Shown piece by piece: positions 1 to 9,726 of a DNA stretch of 64,000 nucleotides. Where the stretch lies: contig JBMFRC010000015.1 in the NCBI GenBank assembly GCA_049968235.1, positions 10,815 to 74,814 on the forward strand, given 5' to 3'. Position 1 is the first letter of the stretch; each line of letters starts with the position of its first letter. The notes beneath the pieces are model-generated. The model saw only the letters and a program-made list of their open reading frames with translations. It was not told the DNA's origin and did not search any database. The stretch is from Candidatus Hydrogenedens sp. (GTDB lineage: Bacteria > Hydrogenedentota > Hydrogenedentia > Hydrogenedentales > Hydrogenedentaceae). Position numbers and translations under genes: made by a program.

Positions 1-148
1 TTCCCACAAAGGAACTGAACGCACCTTTTGACCATTTACCGTAATTTCTAATAAAGAAAAAGGCAGGGTAATAATTAGAAGCAAAAGATAGTTGAACCAA
101 AACCAATGTAAAGACAGAATGTTTAAAATAATATGAAGAAAAGAAGGC

Positions 149-1084
149 TTATTCACAGGGAACTACTGTGCACCAATTTGAATATTTTTCATTTTCACCC
201 TGAACAATCTGAAAATATATTTCCTGTAATTTTTTCGTAATAGGACCGGGTTGTCCATTTCCTATAATTCTACGGTCCACGGAACGCACGGGTGCGACCT
301 GAGCCCCTGTTCCACAGAAGAAAATCTCATCAGCAACATAAAGTTCCGTTCGGGCAATCGGTCTTTCGATTATATTGAGACCCAGTTCTTTTTTTACCAG
401 TTCAATTACAGTGTTTCGTGTAATTCCCACAAGAATGCTTTCAGAACGGGGAGGAGTTATCAACTCTCCTTGATGCACCAGGAAAATATTCATGGCACTT
501 CCCTCGACAACCATTCCATTTTCGTTCAAAAAGATAGCCTCACTAAAACCGGCTTGTTTGGCTTCAGATGAGGCTAATGCAGAATTAATATAACTTCCTG
601 TTGCTTTAACACGACTTGGGATAGCATTATCTGTTAAACGACGCCATGAAGATACACAAACATCTAAACCGGAGGTTATATCACAATAATCTCCTAATTT
701 AATTACATAACAACACAATTTGCTTTCTATACCTTTTAATAGCGGACCTAATGACAATTCACTTTTATAAATGATAGGTCGTATGTAAACCCCTTCCTTG
801 AAACCACTTTTTTTTACAAGTTCTATACAAATCTTTTCAATGTCTTCAGGTGTTTCTGGGATTTCCATACAAAGAATGCTACAATTCCTTACGAGACGGT
901 CCACATGTTCCTTCAAACGGAAAATAAGAATTGCCTTTTTCTTTTCAGAGTAATAACCACGGATTCCTTCAAATAAACCAGTTCCGTAATTAAATGCATG
1001 TGTCATTATGCTTATTTTTGCATCTTCTATAGGGACATAAGTTCCTTCAAAGTATGCAAATTTTCCAGGAAACATTTGTGCCAT
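149..1084 (-). CDS. ilvE: branched-chain-amino-acid aminotransferase (PLP fold type IV)
   Basis: 311 aa. The N-terminal 'EGTYVPIEDAKISIMTHAFNYGTGLFEG' and C-terminal 'GTGAQVAPVRSVD' motifs are typical of class IV aminotransferases (IlvE/Dat). The length matches IlvE. An AAGGAG RBS sits 7 nt upstream of the ATG on the minus strand. Confidence 0.8.
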   Translation of the reverse strand: MAQMFPGKFAYFEGTYVPIEDAKISIMTHAFNYGTGLFEGIRGYYSEKKKAILIFRLKEHVDRLVRNCSILCMEIPETPEDIEKICIELVKKSGFKEGVYIRPIIYKSELSLGPLLKGIESKLCCYVIKLGDYCDITSGLDVCVSSWRRLTDNAIPSRVKATGSYINSALASSEAKQAGFSEAIFLNENGMVVEGSAMNIFLVHQGELITPPRSESILVGITRNTVIELVKKELGLNIIERPIARTELYVADEIFFCGTGAQVAPVRSVDRRIIGNGQPGPITKKLQEIYFQIVQGENEKYSNWCTVVPCE

Positions 1085-1106
1085 TGGACATACTCCTTAA
1101 AATAAA

Positions 1107-1142
1107 AAGAACTCAGTTCATTTTAATACAAACTGAGTTCTT
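1107..1142 (-). terminator. rho-independent terminator hairpin downstream of the CBS-domain gene
   Basis: Perfect 12-bp inverted repeat AAGAACTCAGTT / AACTGAGTTCTT with a 12-nt loop. The minus strand reads a T-tract (TTTTATTTT) immediately after the stem. The stem abuts the stop codon of the 1142..1696 CDS. Confidence 0.5.
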
Positions 1143-1696
1143 TACTCAAAAAGATAGTTTGAAGTTATTTTTATATTTTGTAGGAGTTGAGCAACTGGGT
1201 CAGGTGTTATATCTGTATTTTCAACGATTACACGATTTGAAGAGATACGCCACACAGGTTGATGGGCATTTTCATAATATATATCGTTTATTCTTCTTAA
1301 TAATTCTTTAGATTCAGTCAAATCGGATTCTATTAAGTCTCTCATAGATAGCAAGCCAATTACTTGCTTATTCTCATCTACCATGATGAGATGTCGCACA
1401 CCATTCATAAACATCAACATTTTTGCTATTTTTATGTCTTCGTTTTCGTCCACATATATAAGTCGTGTATTCATTATTTCTTTTATGTATACTGTTTTTG
1501 GGTCTAAATTCTTATATACGACTTTTCGGACAATGTCTTTTTCAGAAATTATCCCGATTATGTTCCCTTCATCATTAGATACCATGGTGGCACTTATGTT
1601 GTGGTCACAAAAAAACTTTACAGCGTCTTGTACTGTTTTATTCTGGTTGATGGGCAAATGTGCCCTGAGTTTAATATTATCTTTTAATGGTGCCAT
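1142..1696 (-). CDS. CBS-domain pair protein
   Basis: 184 aa. Two CBS-like segments ('IIGIISEKDIVRKVV', 'VIGLLSMRDLIESDL') resemble tandem Bateman domains. Confidence 0.55.
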   Translation of the reverse strand: MAPLKDNIKLRAHLPINQNKTVQDAVKFFCDHNISATMVSNDEGNIIGIISEKDIVRKVVYKNLDPKTVYIKEIMNTRLIYVDENEDIKIAKMLMFMNGVRHLIMVDENKQVIGLLSMRDLIESDLTESKELLRRINDIYYENAHQPVWRISSNRVIVENTDITPDPVAQLLQNIKITSNYLFE

Positions 1697-1820
1697 TGTT
1701 TTACCCTTTCTCGTTTTATTTCATGTTTCTAATTTGGTAAACAAATATAATTATTGATATATTCCTAATATCACAATTAAAGTAAAATTAAAAAATTATC
1801 TATTTGTAAGGAGGATAGAT

Positions 1821-3374
1821 ATGGCAAAGGTAGTAACAGCAGATGAAGTAGTGAGGCTTATTCCTGATGGTTCCGCAGTATTGATTGTTCCCATGCCTTC
1901 GGAAGAGGTGTACCCTGCGTTTGCTCGTGTATATCAGGAGACTGGACATCCCAAAGACTTAACCGTAATATGGGCAGCGGGATTAGGTCCTTTAAGTGAA
2001 GAACCAAAGGGGATGAATCATTTTGCAGTGCCAGGTATGGTAAAAAGGATTATTGCTGGACATTGCGGTTTAAACCATAAGATTATGAAATTTATAGCAA
2101 GTAATCAGGTTGAAGCCTATAATATTCCTCAGGGGACGATGTGTGAGTTATATCGTGAGATGGCAGGAGGGAGACCGGGACTTCTGACTAGCGTAGGATT
2201 AGGGACATTTGTTGACCCAAGATATGGCGGAGGAAAAGTTAACGAAAGAACAAAATCATGCGAGGACCTGTCGGAGATAGTTACTATTGGTGGAAAGGAG
2301 TATATACTATATCATTCGCTTCCGTGTAATGTTGGAATTATCCGCGGGACAACAGCAGACCCAAGTGGAAATATTACAGTTGAGAAAGAGGCATTGATAA
2401 TGGAAATATTAGAAGGAGCAATGGCAGTAAAAAATAACGGTGGCTTTGTTATTGCTCAAGTAGAAAGAATAAGTGATGAACCTGCCAGACCCTGTGATGT
2501 GCGTGTGCCGGGTATTTTTGTGGATTATATTGTAGTAGCCCAATCTCCAGAAGCACATCCTCAAACTCTTTTCGTCCAGTATGACCCCTCTTTTTGTGGA
2601 CATGTTCGGGCAAATCTTGAAGATGAATTGGAACCGATGCCATTAAATTTTGAAAAAGTAATTGCACGAAGAGCATTTATGGAACTAAAACCATGTATGG
2701 TAATAAATTTAGGTTTTGGAATTCCTATGGGTGTCGCTAAAGTGGCATTTGAAGAGGGGGTGTTTAATAAGCTTACCATGACTACAGAAATAGGTGTTAT
2801 TGGCGGCGTTCCTGAAGCAGGTAAGAATTTTGGTCCTGCCAAAAATCCTCAAGCATTTCTTTCTCAATCTGCAATGTTTGATTTTTATGATGGTGGTGGG
2901 TTAGATATGACCTGTGTAGGTATGGCTCAGGTGGATGCACAGGGAAATATCAATGTTAGCAAAGTAGGACCTTTTGCAATAGGTCCGGGAGGTTTTATTA
3001 ACTTAACACAATCTGCCAAAAAGTTGGTTTTCTGTGGCGAGTTTACCGCAATAGGAAGTAAAGTGGAGGTTAGTGATGGGAAAATAAATATCATAAGTGA
3101 AGGGAAAGTAAAGAAGTTTATACAAAAAGTAGAACAAGTAACTTTTAGTGGAAAGTTTGCCATAGAAAATCATCGAGATGTTACTTATGTAACAGAAAGA
3201 TGTGTCTTTAAACTTATTCCCGAAGGGCTTATGCTAACAGAAATTGCACCCGGAGTTGATTTGGAAAAGAATATTTTAAGTCAAATGGAATTTAAGCCTA
3301 TTATTCCGAATGAGATAAAAACAATGGATACAAAATTGTTTCTTCCTGAACCAATGAAAATAAAATTTGAATAG
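1821..3374 (+). CDS. acyl-CoA:acetate/propionate CoA-transferase (YdiF/Pct family)
   Basis: 517 aa. AAGGAGG RBS. The size and overall pattern match family I CoA-transferases of the propionate CoA-transferase / YdiF type (N-terminal 'VIWAAGLGP', central GxGG region). Confidence 0.65.
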   Translation: MAKVVTADEVVRLIPDGSAVLIVPMPSEEVYPAFARVYQETGHPKDLTVIWAAGLGPLSEEPKGMNHFAVPGMVKRIIAGHCGLNHKIMKFIASNQVEAYNIPQGTMCELYREMAGGRPGLLTSVGLGTFVDPRYGGGKVNERTKSCEDLSEIVTIGGKEYILYHSLPCNVGIIRGTTADPSGNITVEKEALIMEILEGAMAVKNNGGFVIAQVERISDEPARPCDVRVPGIFVDYIVVAQSPEAHPQTLFVQYDPSFCGHVRANLEDELEPMPLNFEKVIARRAFMELKPCMVINLGFGIPMGVAKVAFEEGVFNKLTMTTEIGVIGGVPEAGKNFGPAKNPQAFLSQSAMFDFYDGGGLDMTCVGMAQVDAQGNINVSKVGPFAIGPGGFINLTQSAKKLVFCGEFTAIGSKVEVSDGKINIISEGKVKKFIQKVEQVTFSGKFAIENHRDVTYVTERCVFKLIPEGLMLTEIAPGVDLEKNILSQMEFKPIIPNEIKTMDTKLFLPEPMKIKFE

Positions 3375-3397
3375 ATTTTACAAAAAAGGTTGAAAAT

Positions 3398-4246
3398 ATG
3401 ATTAAAGAAGATTGGTTTAAAATAGATGAAGAGAAATTTTATCGTCGAACTTGGTTTTCAGAAATTACTCCAACGATAGCCAATATTGTATTAATCCATG
3501 GTTATGGGGAACATTGTTCGAGATATGATTATGTCGCAGAACAAATGAACAAACAGGGGATAAATGTATTCTCTTTTGACCAACGAGGGTTTGGACATTC
3601 TCCAGGTAAAAGAGCATGGATAAATCGTTTTGAAGATTTACTTTCAGATTTAGATGTATTTCTTAAGGCAATTGCAAAGGAAATAGAAGAACTTCCTGTA
3701 TTTTTTATGGGTCATAGTATGGGAGGAATGGTGCTTGCTCGTTATATGCAAACAAGACAAAATCTTCCAGTAAAAGGTCTTATTTTTTCAAGTCCTTTCC
3801 TTGCTATAAATGATGATGTTCCAGAATTTTTGTTAAAACTATCTGGAATATTAGCAAAGTATTTACCCTGGCTACCTGTATCAAAAGTAGATAATTCAGG
3901 ATTGGCTAAAGATATTGAAGTAGTAAAAAAAGCTGATGAAGACCCATTATGCTATCATGGAAGTGTTAAAGCACATACGGGATATGTGTTTTATCAGGTA
4001 ATTAAAGAAATTCATAATAATTTTCATTTAATTCATCAGCCTGTAATTATAATACACGGGAAAAAGGATAGAGTGGTCCCATATTTAGGTAGTGTTGCTT
4101 TGTATGAAGGTATTTCTTCGACAGATAAAGTGATTCATTTGTTTGAAGAGGGCTATCATGAAATATGGAATGATTATGAGAAAGATGAGATGATAGCAAA
4201 AGTTTATGGTTGGGTTATGGAACGGGCACAAAATACGAATAAGTAA
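3398..4246 (+). CDS. alpha/beta hydrolase, lysophospholipase/monoacylglycerol-lipase-like
   Basis: 282 aa. Oxyanion 'LIHGYGEH' motif and nucleophile elbow 'GHSMGG'. Starts 23 nt after the CoA-transferase, so it is probably co-transcribed. Confidence 0.7.
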   Translation: MIKEDWFKIDEEKFYRRTWFSEITPTIANIVLIHGYGEHCSRYDYVAEQMNKQGINVFSFDQRGFGHSPGKRAWINRFEDLLSDLDVFLKAIAKEIEELPVFFMGHSMGGMVLARYMQTRQNLPVKGLIFSSPFLAINDDVPEFLLKLSGILAKYLPWLPVSKVDNSGLAKDIEVVKKADEDPLCYHGSVKAHTGYVFYQVIKEIHNNFHLIHQPVIIIHGKKDRVVPYLGSVALYEGISSTDKVIHLFEEGYHEIWNDYEKDEMIAKVYGWVMERAQNTNK

Positions 4247-4330
4247 AAGTTGTGGTATTTTATAAACTTTCTTAAATGTTTTAAAATAATAGAAAGATTA
4301 TTCTTAAACAAACAAAGAGAAGCATATTTT

Positions 4331-5080
4331 ATGGTAAATAGAAAAAGTACACAATCAGCAGACCCACGCGAAATAATGCAGTGGACTCGTAGATATGCAC
4401 AAAGCAGAACGATATATTTCCTGGTGCAATGGTGTTTAATCGTTTTTGTTATCTGCATAATTGGGTTGGTTGCCAGTTTAACACAGCAGGCATATATAGC
4501 AGGTAACAAATCATTATTTTATATTTCAGTCGTTTTTCTTGCTATCACTTTCTTTTTTTTCATATGGATTTCTGTATCTCGTTGGACAGCGGAGGTTATA
4601 TGGCAAATTACATTATGGTTTTATGGAAGAGAAGGATTTGTATCTCCGGAAGATAACGCTCATTCTAAACAATTACCTCGATGGGTAATTGCTATAATTG
4701 GTTTGATGTTGGTTTATCATATTTTGGGTGCATTACTTATTTCATTCCGATATCTTCATCTCCAATATTTACAGCCTTTTTCTGCAATTATTTTAGTTCC
4801 TGTTTTGTGTGTTCTTATTTATTATCAAGGATTAGGTTTTTGGGCATGGTTCTGGCCTGTATTGTATGGATTACATGCTATATTATTGGTAGCAGGAGTT
4901 CCTATAAGTTTCCCTTCTCCATGGTATTTATTAAATATTATGGTTCCTATTTTTGGATATGGATTAATTGCTATCCTTGTTGGACATATTTATAGTCGTT
5001 ATGCCTTGTGGAAATTAAAAACAGTAACACGACAGGGACTTGAAATAGATAATGATGACACAATCTCAGAAGAGAAATAA
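4331..5080 (+). CDS. polytopic membrane protein, function unknown
   Basis: The ORF track opens at 4250, but that codon is TTG. The first ATG (4331, 'MVNRKS...') is more plausible. It has several long hydrophobic stretches rich in W/Y/F and no recognisable family motif. Confidence 0.45.
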   Translation: MVNRKSTQSADPREIMQWTRRYAQSRTIYFLVQWCLIVFVICIIGLVASLTQQAYIAGNKSLFYISVVFLAITFFFFIWISVSRWTAEVIWQITLWFYGREGFVSPEDNAHSKQLPRWVIAIIGLMLVYHILGALLISFRYLHLQYLQPFSAIILVPVLCVLIYYQGLGFWAWFWPVLYGLHAILLVAGVPISFPSPWYLLNIMVPIFGYGLIAILVGHIYSRYALWKLKTVTRQGLEIDNDDTISEEK

Positions 5081-5110
5081 TATATTTTAGAACAAAGGTT
5101 TGCTATAAAA

Positions 5111-5416
5111 ATGACGGAACTTGACCGACTCATACATGAACCTGCACGTTTAAGGATTTTAACAATTCTTGCAGGGGTAGAGGCGGCTGATTTTAATTTT
5201 TTATTAAACACATTAGGTTTGACTAAAGGGAATCTTTCTTCACATATGGACCGACTTGAAAAAGCAGGATATGTGAAAGTTGAAAAATCATTTAACGGAC
5301 GCGTTCCTCATACCGAGTTTCAAATTACACCTCAAGGGAAAGAAGCATTAGAGGAATACTGGAGACAGTTAGATAGTATTAGGAATTTAAATACAAAATC
5401 TGAAGATAAAGATTAA
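5111..5416 (+). CDS. winged-helix (ArsR/MarR-like) transcriptional regulator
   Basis: 101 aa. 'HEPARLRILTILA...TKGNLSSHMDRLEKAGYV' is a classic wHTH recognition-helix plus wing pattern. It sits directly after the membrane protein. Confidence 0.55.
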   Translation: MTELDRLIHEPARLRILTILAGVEAADFNFLLNTLGLTKGNLSSHMDRLEKAGYVKVEKSFNGRVPHTEFQITPQGKEALEEYWRQLDSIRNLNTKSEDKD

Positions 5417-5439
5417 TTCAAACTTTTATGTATTCATTC

Positions 5440-6492
5440 TCAATGAATTATTTTGACCAGATTTTCCAGTAGAATAGCACACTGTTCTTTTGTCCCAATT
5501 GTAATTCGTAGTGCATTCTCTAATCGTCTCATAGGAAAGTAGCGAACAAATATATTTTTCTCTTTTAATTTTAAATATATATCTTTAGCAGAGGGGGTTC
5601 CATTCCAAATAGCAAGTAAAAAGTTAGATTGTGAATTGGGAACGATAAAACCAAGTTTTTGTAATTCTTTTTGCAGAAAACTCCGTGTCGTTTTAATAGT
5701 TTCAATATGGTTTGTTACTTGATTGTAATTTTCTAATGCCCTTATACCTATTTTTTGGGTTAGGACATTTATATTATATGAGTCTTTTACTTTGAACATA
5801 TCGGATATAAGTTCAGGGTTTCCTACTGCAAAACCCAAACGAACCCCTGCGAGGCTAAATGATTTAGAGAAAGTTCTGCCTACAATTACATTGGGGTAGT
5901 TTTTTACCCAGGAAATGTAACTAAAATCACAAAAATCTACATACGCTTCATCAATAAATATTACTTGTTCTTGATTCCTGCAGATATCTTTCATTACTTC
6001 AGGAGGAGTCGGAACTCCACTGGGAGCATTGGGATGCGTGATTAATAGTAGTTTCGAGGAATTCCATGTGAAAGGCGGAGTTATATTAAAGTTTTCATCC
6101 AAATCGTGATATTGGAATTTACACCCATGCAAATCTGCAAGGACTTCATATAACGAATATGTAGGATAGGTGGCGGATATTGTTTCATGATAATCAACAA
6201 AGGTTCGTATTAGTATCGAAAGAATTTCATCCATACCGTTTCCTGCAATGACCCATTCTGCACCAGGAATATCGTATATACATGCAATTTTTTGACGAAG
6301 TTCAAGTGCAAGGGGGTCTGGATATTTCCGTAATTGTTCTGAAGAAATTTCTTTTAATGCTTGTAAGATCTCAATAGGAGGGGTAAATGGATTTTCATTT
6401 GTATTTAATTTTATAACATCGGAATTTTTGGGTTGTTCGCCTGGTGTGTAGCCCTCTATCTTGTTTAATCTCTGAATACAATATCTACTCAT
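5440..6492 (-). CDS. hisC: histidinol-phosphate aminotransferase
   Basis: 350 aa. 'IKLNTNENPFTPP' is the HisC N-terminal signature. Class II aminotransferase size. Overlaps hisD by 8 nt. Confidence 0.85.
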   Translation of the reverse strand: MSRYCIQRLNKIEGYTPGEQPKNSDVIKLNTNENPFTPPIEILQALKEISSEQLRKYPDPLALELRQKIACIYDIPGAEWVIAGNGMDEILSILIRTFVDYHETISATYPTYSLYEVLADLHGCKFQYHDLDENFNITPPFTWNSSKLLLITHPNAPSGVPTPPEVMKDICRNQEQVIFIDEAYVDFCDFSYISWVKNYPNVIVGRTFSKSFSLAGVRLGFAVGNPELISDMFKVKDSYNINVLTQKIGIRALENYNQVTNHIETIKTTRSFLQKELQKLGFIVPNSQSNFLLAIWNGTPSAKDIYLKLKEKNIFVRYFPMRRLENALRITIGTKEQCAILLENLVKIIH

Positions 6493-7825
6493 AACGGGTA
6501 TCCCTTCGGTTTCCTGTGCGAATTTCTACGGAAAACGCATGAGCGGTTAATCCTTCAATTTCTGCGAAAGATATAATATCATTTGCTTGACTTAATAATC
6601 GGCTTTGTGAATAAAAAATGTAATTTGAAACTTTTCGAAAGTCTTCTACTGTTAATGGAGAACTGAAACGGGCTCTTCTACCAGTAGGTAGAATATGATT
6701 GGGACCTGCAATATAATCTCCTACTGCCACCGGGGTCATACTACCAAGCATAATAGCCCCTGCATTTTTTACTCTGTCCTCAATTTTGCGGGGGAATTCT
6801 GTTTGGATATTTAAATGTTCCGGTGCAAAGTAATTGGTTATTTCAATAACTTCGTCCCAATCTCTGGCTATAATATATGTTCCATAATTATTTAATGATT
6901 TTTCAATAATATCTTTTCTTTTAAGGGTTTCTAAACATTGATATAATTTTTTGTCGACTTCAAAGATAATATCTTTATCGGATTGGGTGGTAATTAAGAC
7001 GGAACATGCATTCTCATCATGTTCTGCTTGAGCAAGTAATTCAGAAATTACAAAATCAGGATTTGCATTTTTATCTGCAATAACGAGGACTTCCGAAGGT
7101 CCTGCTTCACAGTCTATATCAACAATTTCTCTTACCATGGCTTTCGCTGTAGCCACATATATATTTCCGGGACCGGTAATTTTATCTACAGCAGGAATAT
7201 ATTCTGTCCCATAAGCAAGCCCTGCAATGGATTGTGCACCCCCTATGCGGAATATTCGTGTTACCCCTGCTAAATGTGCTGTTGCTAAAACTACGGGATG
7301 TATTGTTCCGTTGTAGGAGGGGGGGGAGACCATTATGATTTCTTTTACACCGGCTACTTGTGCTGGAATTACATTCATTAATACGGATGATGGATAAAAT
7401 GCTTTTCCACCCGGAACATATACACCTACTTTTTCAATAGGTGTGATTTTTTGTCCAATAATGGTTCCGTCTTCAAGGGTTTCTTCCCATGAATTTCTTA
7501 GGTTTTTTGAATGAAAATAACGAATATTTTCCGCGGAAGTCTCTATAATTCTTAATATTTCGGGGTCTAAGGCATTAAAACTTTTTATAATTTCCTGTTT
7601 TGGAATTTCAAATTCTTCGGGAGTAAGAGAAACGCCGTCGAATCGTGATGTAAATTCTGAAATAGCACTATCACCGTTTTTCTTTACGGTATTAACAATC
7701 CATTGTACCGTTTTTATAACTGAATTGGTACTGTCCTGCGAGACTTTTTCTGATGAATAGCGAAAATTAATCCACTGTTTAAGTTTATTTAAGTCGGAAT
7801 CGTTTTTAATTTCAAATGTTCTCAT
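6485..7825 (-). CDS. hisD: histidinol dehydrogenase
   Basis: 446 aa. 'ELLAQAEHDENA' and 'NAGAIMLG' regions match the HisD family. Immediately upstream of hisC. Confidence 0.85.
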   Translation of the reverse strand: MRTFEIKNDSDLNKLKQWINFRYSSEKVSQDSTNSVIKTVQWIVNTVKKNGDSAISEFTSRFDGVSLTPEEFEIPKQEIIKSFNALDPEILRIIETSAENIRYFHSKNLRNSWEETLEDGTIIGQKITPIEKVGVYVPGGKAFYPSSVLMNVIPAQVAGVKEIIMVSPPSYNGTIHPVVLATAHLAGVTRIFRIGGAQSIAGLAYGTEYIPAVDKITGPGNIYVATAKAMVREIVDIDCEAGPSEVLVIADKNANPDFVISELLAQAEHDENACSVLITTQSDKDIIFEVDKKLYQCLETLKRKDIIEKSLNNYGTYIIARDWDEVIEITNYFAPEHLNIQTEFPRKIEDRVKNAGAIMLGSMTPVAVGDYIAGPNHILPTGRRARFSSPLTVEDFRKVSNYIFYSQSRLLSQANDIISFAEIEGLTAHAFSVEIRTGNRRDTRYE

Positions 7826-7830
7826 TATAT

Positions 7831-9090
7831 TTACTCCTCATGAATACGCTGTATATCAGCACCAAGACTGGCAAGTCGTTCCTCAATTCTTTCATATCCT
7901 CTATCTAAATGATAAACACGGGATATAATGGTTTCTCCTTCTTTAGCCATAAGGCCTGCAATAACAAGAGCAGCGCTGGCTCTCAAATCAGAAGCCATAA
8001 CCGGTGCACCATAAAGTTGTTTTACTCCCCGTATAATCGCAGTATTTCCTTCCAAACTAATATCTGCACCCATTCGTATTAGTTCCGCTGTATGAAGAAA
8101 CCTATTTTCAAAAACGGTTTCTTTTATAATGCTTGTCCCTTCTACACAAGTAAGAAGAGCCATTGTTTGTGCCTGTAAATCCGTGGGGAAGCCGGGGTAG
8201 GGGAGAGTAGTTATATTTATTGCCTTTAGAGGCTTAACGGGAGATTTAACACGGATAGAATGTGTTCCTAATTGAATATCTGCTCCCATTTCATTTAGTT
8301 TTGTAATAAATGTATGGAGGTGCTCTGGAATTACATTATTTACCTGGACATCGCCATTTGTAGCCAAACCCGCAATAAGAAAGGTTCCTGCTTCAATTCG
8401 GTCAGGAATGACATGATGTTCTGCACCATTTAAGGATTTTGTTCCCTTTATTGTAATAACTTCAGTTCCTGCTCCTTCTATTTTGGCACCGAGTTTATTG
8501 AGGAAATTGGCTAAATCTACTATTTCAGGTTCCTGTGCTGGATTAAATAAACGGGTAATTCCTTTTGCACGAGTTGCAGACATCATAAGGTTTTCGGTAG
8601 CACCGACACTTGGGAAATCTAAATAGATATCAGCACCTTTTAGTTTTCCCTCTGCAATAACATAACCTTCTTCCAATCGTATAGATGCCCCTAATTGTTC
8701 TAATCCCTTCAAATGTATATCAACGGGACGAGTTCCAATAGCACAACCTCCGGGTAAGGAAACTCGGGCTTTTCCATATCGGGCTAATAAAGGACCTAAT
8801 ATGAAAAAAGAAGCACGCATTTTGCGGACAAGGTCATAAGGTGCTACTGGCGAAATCTTATCAGGGACGGATATTGTCATGTATCGTCCTGTGAACTCTA
8901 TCTGGACGCCCATCTGGGTTAATAATTTATCCATCGTAAATACATCGTGCAGGCAGGGAACATTATGAAGAGTACAGGGTGATTCTGCAAGAATTGATGC
9001 TGCCATTAATGGTAATACAGCATTCTTTGCACCATGGATCTGAATTTTGCCTCGTAGTGGATTATTACCGTGAATGATTATTTTATCCAT
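7831..9090 (-). CDS. murA: UDP-N-acetylglucosamine 1-carboxyvinyltransferase
   Basis: 419 aa. N-terminus 'MDKIIIHGNNPLRGKIQIHGAKNAVLPLMAASIL' aligns with MurA '[29 protein letters not shown]'. Confidence 0.9.
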   Translation of the reverse strand: MDKIIIHGNNPLRGKIQIHGAKNAVLPLMAASILAESPCTLHNVPCLHDVFTMDKLLTQMGVQIEFTGRYMTISVPDKISPVAPYDLVRKMRASFFILGPLLARYGKARVSLPGGCAIGTRPVDIHLKGLEQLGASIRLEEGYVIAEGKLKGADIYLDFPSVGATENLMMSATRAKGITRLFNPAQEPEIVDLANFLNKLGAKIEGAGTEVITIKGTKSLNGAEHHVIPDRIEAGTFLIAGLATNGDVQVNNVIPEHLHTFITKLNEMGADIQLGTHSIRVKSPVKPLKAINITTLPYPGFPTDLQAQTMALLTCVEGTSIIKETVFENRFLHTAELIRMGADISLEGNTAIIRGVKQLYGAPVMASDLRASAALVIAGLMAKEGETIISRVYHLDRGYERIEERLASLGADIQRIHEE

Positions 9091-9201
9091 AGTATTAAAA
9101 TATTCTTAAAAGTTATAAAAGGAAAAATTTTCAATCTCTATTTTACTAAAATCATTAGCCCTTTTATAATAAATGATAATCGAATAAAAAATGATAACTT
9201 C

Positions 9202-9693
9202 TTAATTAGAGGTAGGTGTTTCAGAAGGGGCTTTTTCTCCTTCAGGGGATTGAGTATTATTTGGAGGAGTTACAGTTGTTTCTATAGGTGGCGTATTCGC
9301 TTTATTGTTATCCACAGTTACGGGAGTTGATGTATTGGGAGTTTTATTATCAAATAAAGCATCTAACTCTTTATTTTGTTGAGTGGATATTTCGTTTGTA
9401 ACTAATTCAGGAGCGGGACCCTTGCCGACTTTTCCCGATATTGTTGAAAGCAGTATAGCAAGAACCATAAAAATACCGGCACTAATATATGTTAGTTTTT
9501 GCGGTAAAGTTCGTGCCAATTTGGGGCCAAAAACAGATTCAGAGCCGGGGCTTAATCCAAATGCTCCAGCGAAACCTGCTCCTTTACCTTTTTGAAGTAG
9601 TACAATAGTGATTAGTGCAACACAACAAGGTAAGTATATAAGTACCAGTAATACCCACCAGAGTGTTGTTAACGAAAAGATAGTTTCTAACAT
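9202..9693 (-). CDS. secG: preprotein translocase subunit SecG with Thr/Pro/Asn-rich C-terminal extension
   Basis: The N-terminal ~90 aa (two TM helices plus 'LLQKGKGAGFAGAFG' glycine-rich loop) match SecG. It lies directly downstream of tpiA, the conserved tpiA-secG order. The C-terminal ~70 aa are low-complexity (T/P/N-rich). Confidence 0.65.
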   Translation of the reverse strand: MLETIFSLTTLWWVLLVLIYLPCCVALITIVLLQKGKGAGFAGAFGLSPGSESVFGPKLARTLPQKLTYISAGIFMVLAILLSTISGKVGKGPAPELVTNEISTQQNKELDALFDNKTPNTSTPVTVDNNKANTPPIETTVTPPNNTQSPEGEKAPSETPTSN

Positions 9694-9726
9694 AGGCTTG
9701 TTAAAATATCCTTTTAGGTTTAAAAT

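Noticed and set aside
251-571. 106-aa plus-strand ORF inside ilvE; also 1054..1311 and 1383..1757 antisense to the CBS gene
   Set aside because: Antisense to confidently assigned CDSs.
2409-3163. Minus-strand ORFs (64-93 aa) within the CoA-transferase gene
   Set aside because: Antisense to a 517-aa conserved-family CDS.
5433-5449. 7-bp AT-only hairpin (ATTCATT/AATGAAT) between the convergent regulator and hisC
   Set aside because: The stem is short and purely A/T, and it overlaps the hisC stop. It is too weak to call a bidirectional terminator.
9070-9330. 86-aa plus-strand ORF overlapping the murA start and secG 3' end
   Set aside because: It spans the intergenic promoter region and runs antisense into secG. 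Implausible.
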